Shown here one piece after another: positions 62,676 through 64,000 of a DNA stretch of 64,000 nt (positions are counted from its first letter, which is position 1; each line of letters starts with the position of its first letter). The stretch comes from Gekko japonicus (Eukaryota). The notes under the pieces are model-generated. The model was not told where the DNA came from, did no database searches, and saw only the letters and a list, made by a program, of their open reading frames with translations. Position numbers and translations under genes: made by a program. The stretch is from NCBI RefSeq assembly GCF_001447785.1, contig NW_015167064.1, forward strand, positions 667,619-731,618. The letters are read 5' to 3'.

Positions 62676-63125
62676 AGGCGGATTTTCCGGGAAGCGTAGA
62701 GCTCCTGTGGCTCACCCGAGGCTTCACTCCGAAGATGCGCTGTAAAAAACTAGTACCTCCGAGGTACTAGTTTCCGGAAACAGCAGGGCATGGGCGGGCG
62801 TCTGATCGAGTTTCCAGTGGTAGTTCCGGCGCCCGCCCATGTCCCCTCGCAAAAAGTTTTTTTCCCCCCAAGTCTCCACGGATGTGCACAAGCACCCAAC
62901 GGAGTATGCGCACACTTTAGTTTAATAAAAAAACCCCACAACCCTGTTTGCCCCGCTGCCCCACTTCTTTGCAGCACCACAGGAGTGTCGGGTGATCGGC
63001 ACCTCCCCCCTAACCACGGGACCTCCACGGGACGTCTGCTTGTGCAACCGCGTGTTATTTTGCCCTGGGGCAAACAGCCACGCTTCCCCCCCCCCCATTT
63101 TCCGGCCCGTATGACCGGGGCCAGA
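62676..63125. mobile_element. CpG-rich unclassified DNA-transposon-like segment nested in an older MITE (about 62568-63310)
   Basis: Abrupt CpG-rich block with an internal palindrome at 62747-62773 and a right end ...tatgaccggggcc. The flanks resemble the TAGGGTTG MITE family. Confidence 0.45.
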
Positions 63126-64000
63126 GTTGTTTTTTTGCCACTTCTGGGGAAAACCCAGAAGCAATGCCATGCCTCTGTAGGAATCACCAGAAACCATAGT
63201 TTTACCATAGAATTTCTGGTGGTTCCTCAAGAGGTGTGAGGTAATTTCTGGGTTTTCCTCAGAAGTGATGTAGCACCATGGCATCAAAGGATTTTTCCCC
63301 ACTTTATTTTTCTTCCACCAACTGCAGCAGGGGCCACCAGAGCTGGAGGTGAATGATATCTTATCCCAAGCAGGGAACTGACAAGCCTGTTCCTATCCCA
63401 TATATGGCAGCTAGGCAAACAGTAAGTGGCTTACACAGTGAAGGTTTACCAGCAGCCTGGCAATGCAAGGGAGCTTGGGACAGCATCTGGGGAAGGAAGC
63501 AAGCAGCAGACTAACTAGGATTGTACATGTGGTAGGTTAGCCAGCTTTTGTGCAGGAAACTGTGGCTTATACAAACCAGATTTTATTGTGACATCAATAA
63601 CTTATCAGCACTACAGTCCTATAGAACAGGCCCAAATACTAGAGTGGCTGAGAGGGAAGTGGATTGCTGCACTGACAACTCACATTGTTAGCCAGTACAA
63701 CATGCCAGTTCATAATTAGTCACTACAAATATAGTGATTGAATGTACAGTTTACAGACATACCGTTGCATTTTACAGTGCTAAGAGACTGTTAGTTTGTG
63801 GTCTTGTCCTAGCATCACTTGGCTGTAGCCAGTTTTAGAACAGGGCTTAGAGACTGATGTTCCAGATGATTTAGTTGCTGTACATATTAAAGTTGTTTTA
63901 AGCCACTCCTCATTCTCTTACCTCTTTATCTGTGGACCCAGAAATATATATATATATAAAAAAGCTTTTGTAAAAAGATAGGTCTTGTAGTGGCCAGCAA

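Overview
This is vertebrate genomic DNA, most likely a squamate and probably a gecko. That call rests on the dense set of Squam3-type tRNA/CORE SINEs, Sauria SINEs, CR1/L2/L1/Penelope fragments and hAT/Harbinger MITEs. It is a scaffolded assembly with three N-gaps. I cannot support any intact host protein-coding gene: the window reads as intergenic or deep-intronic sequence, with transposon relics separated by non-repetitive, motif-rich blocks that may be conserved enhancers. The supplied ORFs are TE fragments or spurious frames. The most notable observations are: (1) a CpG-rich element at about 11.0-12.1 kb that joins a Sauria-SINE core to an unrecognised body and an L2-type tail, with an L1 inserted in its tail; (2) a TSD-bounded inverted Penelope pseudo-LTR carrying two decayed hammerhead-ribozyme cores; (3) a 199-bp MITE with a perfect 9-bp TSD (MULE/Merlin-like); (4) a possible Academ transposase relic; (5) many two-copy tandem duplications, including an essentially identical 1.3-kb pair and one with template-switch inversions. 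Family names come from my recall of consensus sequences, not from database searches. Boundaries without a TSD are approximate.
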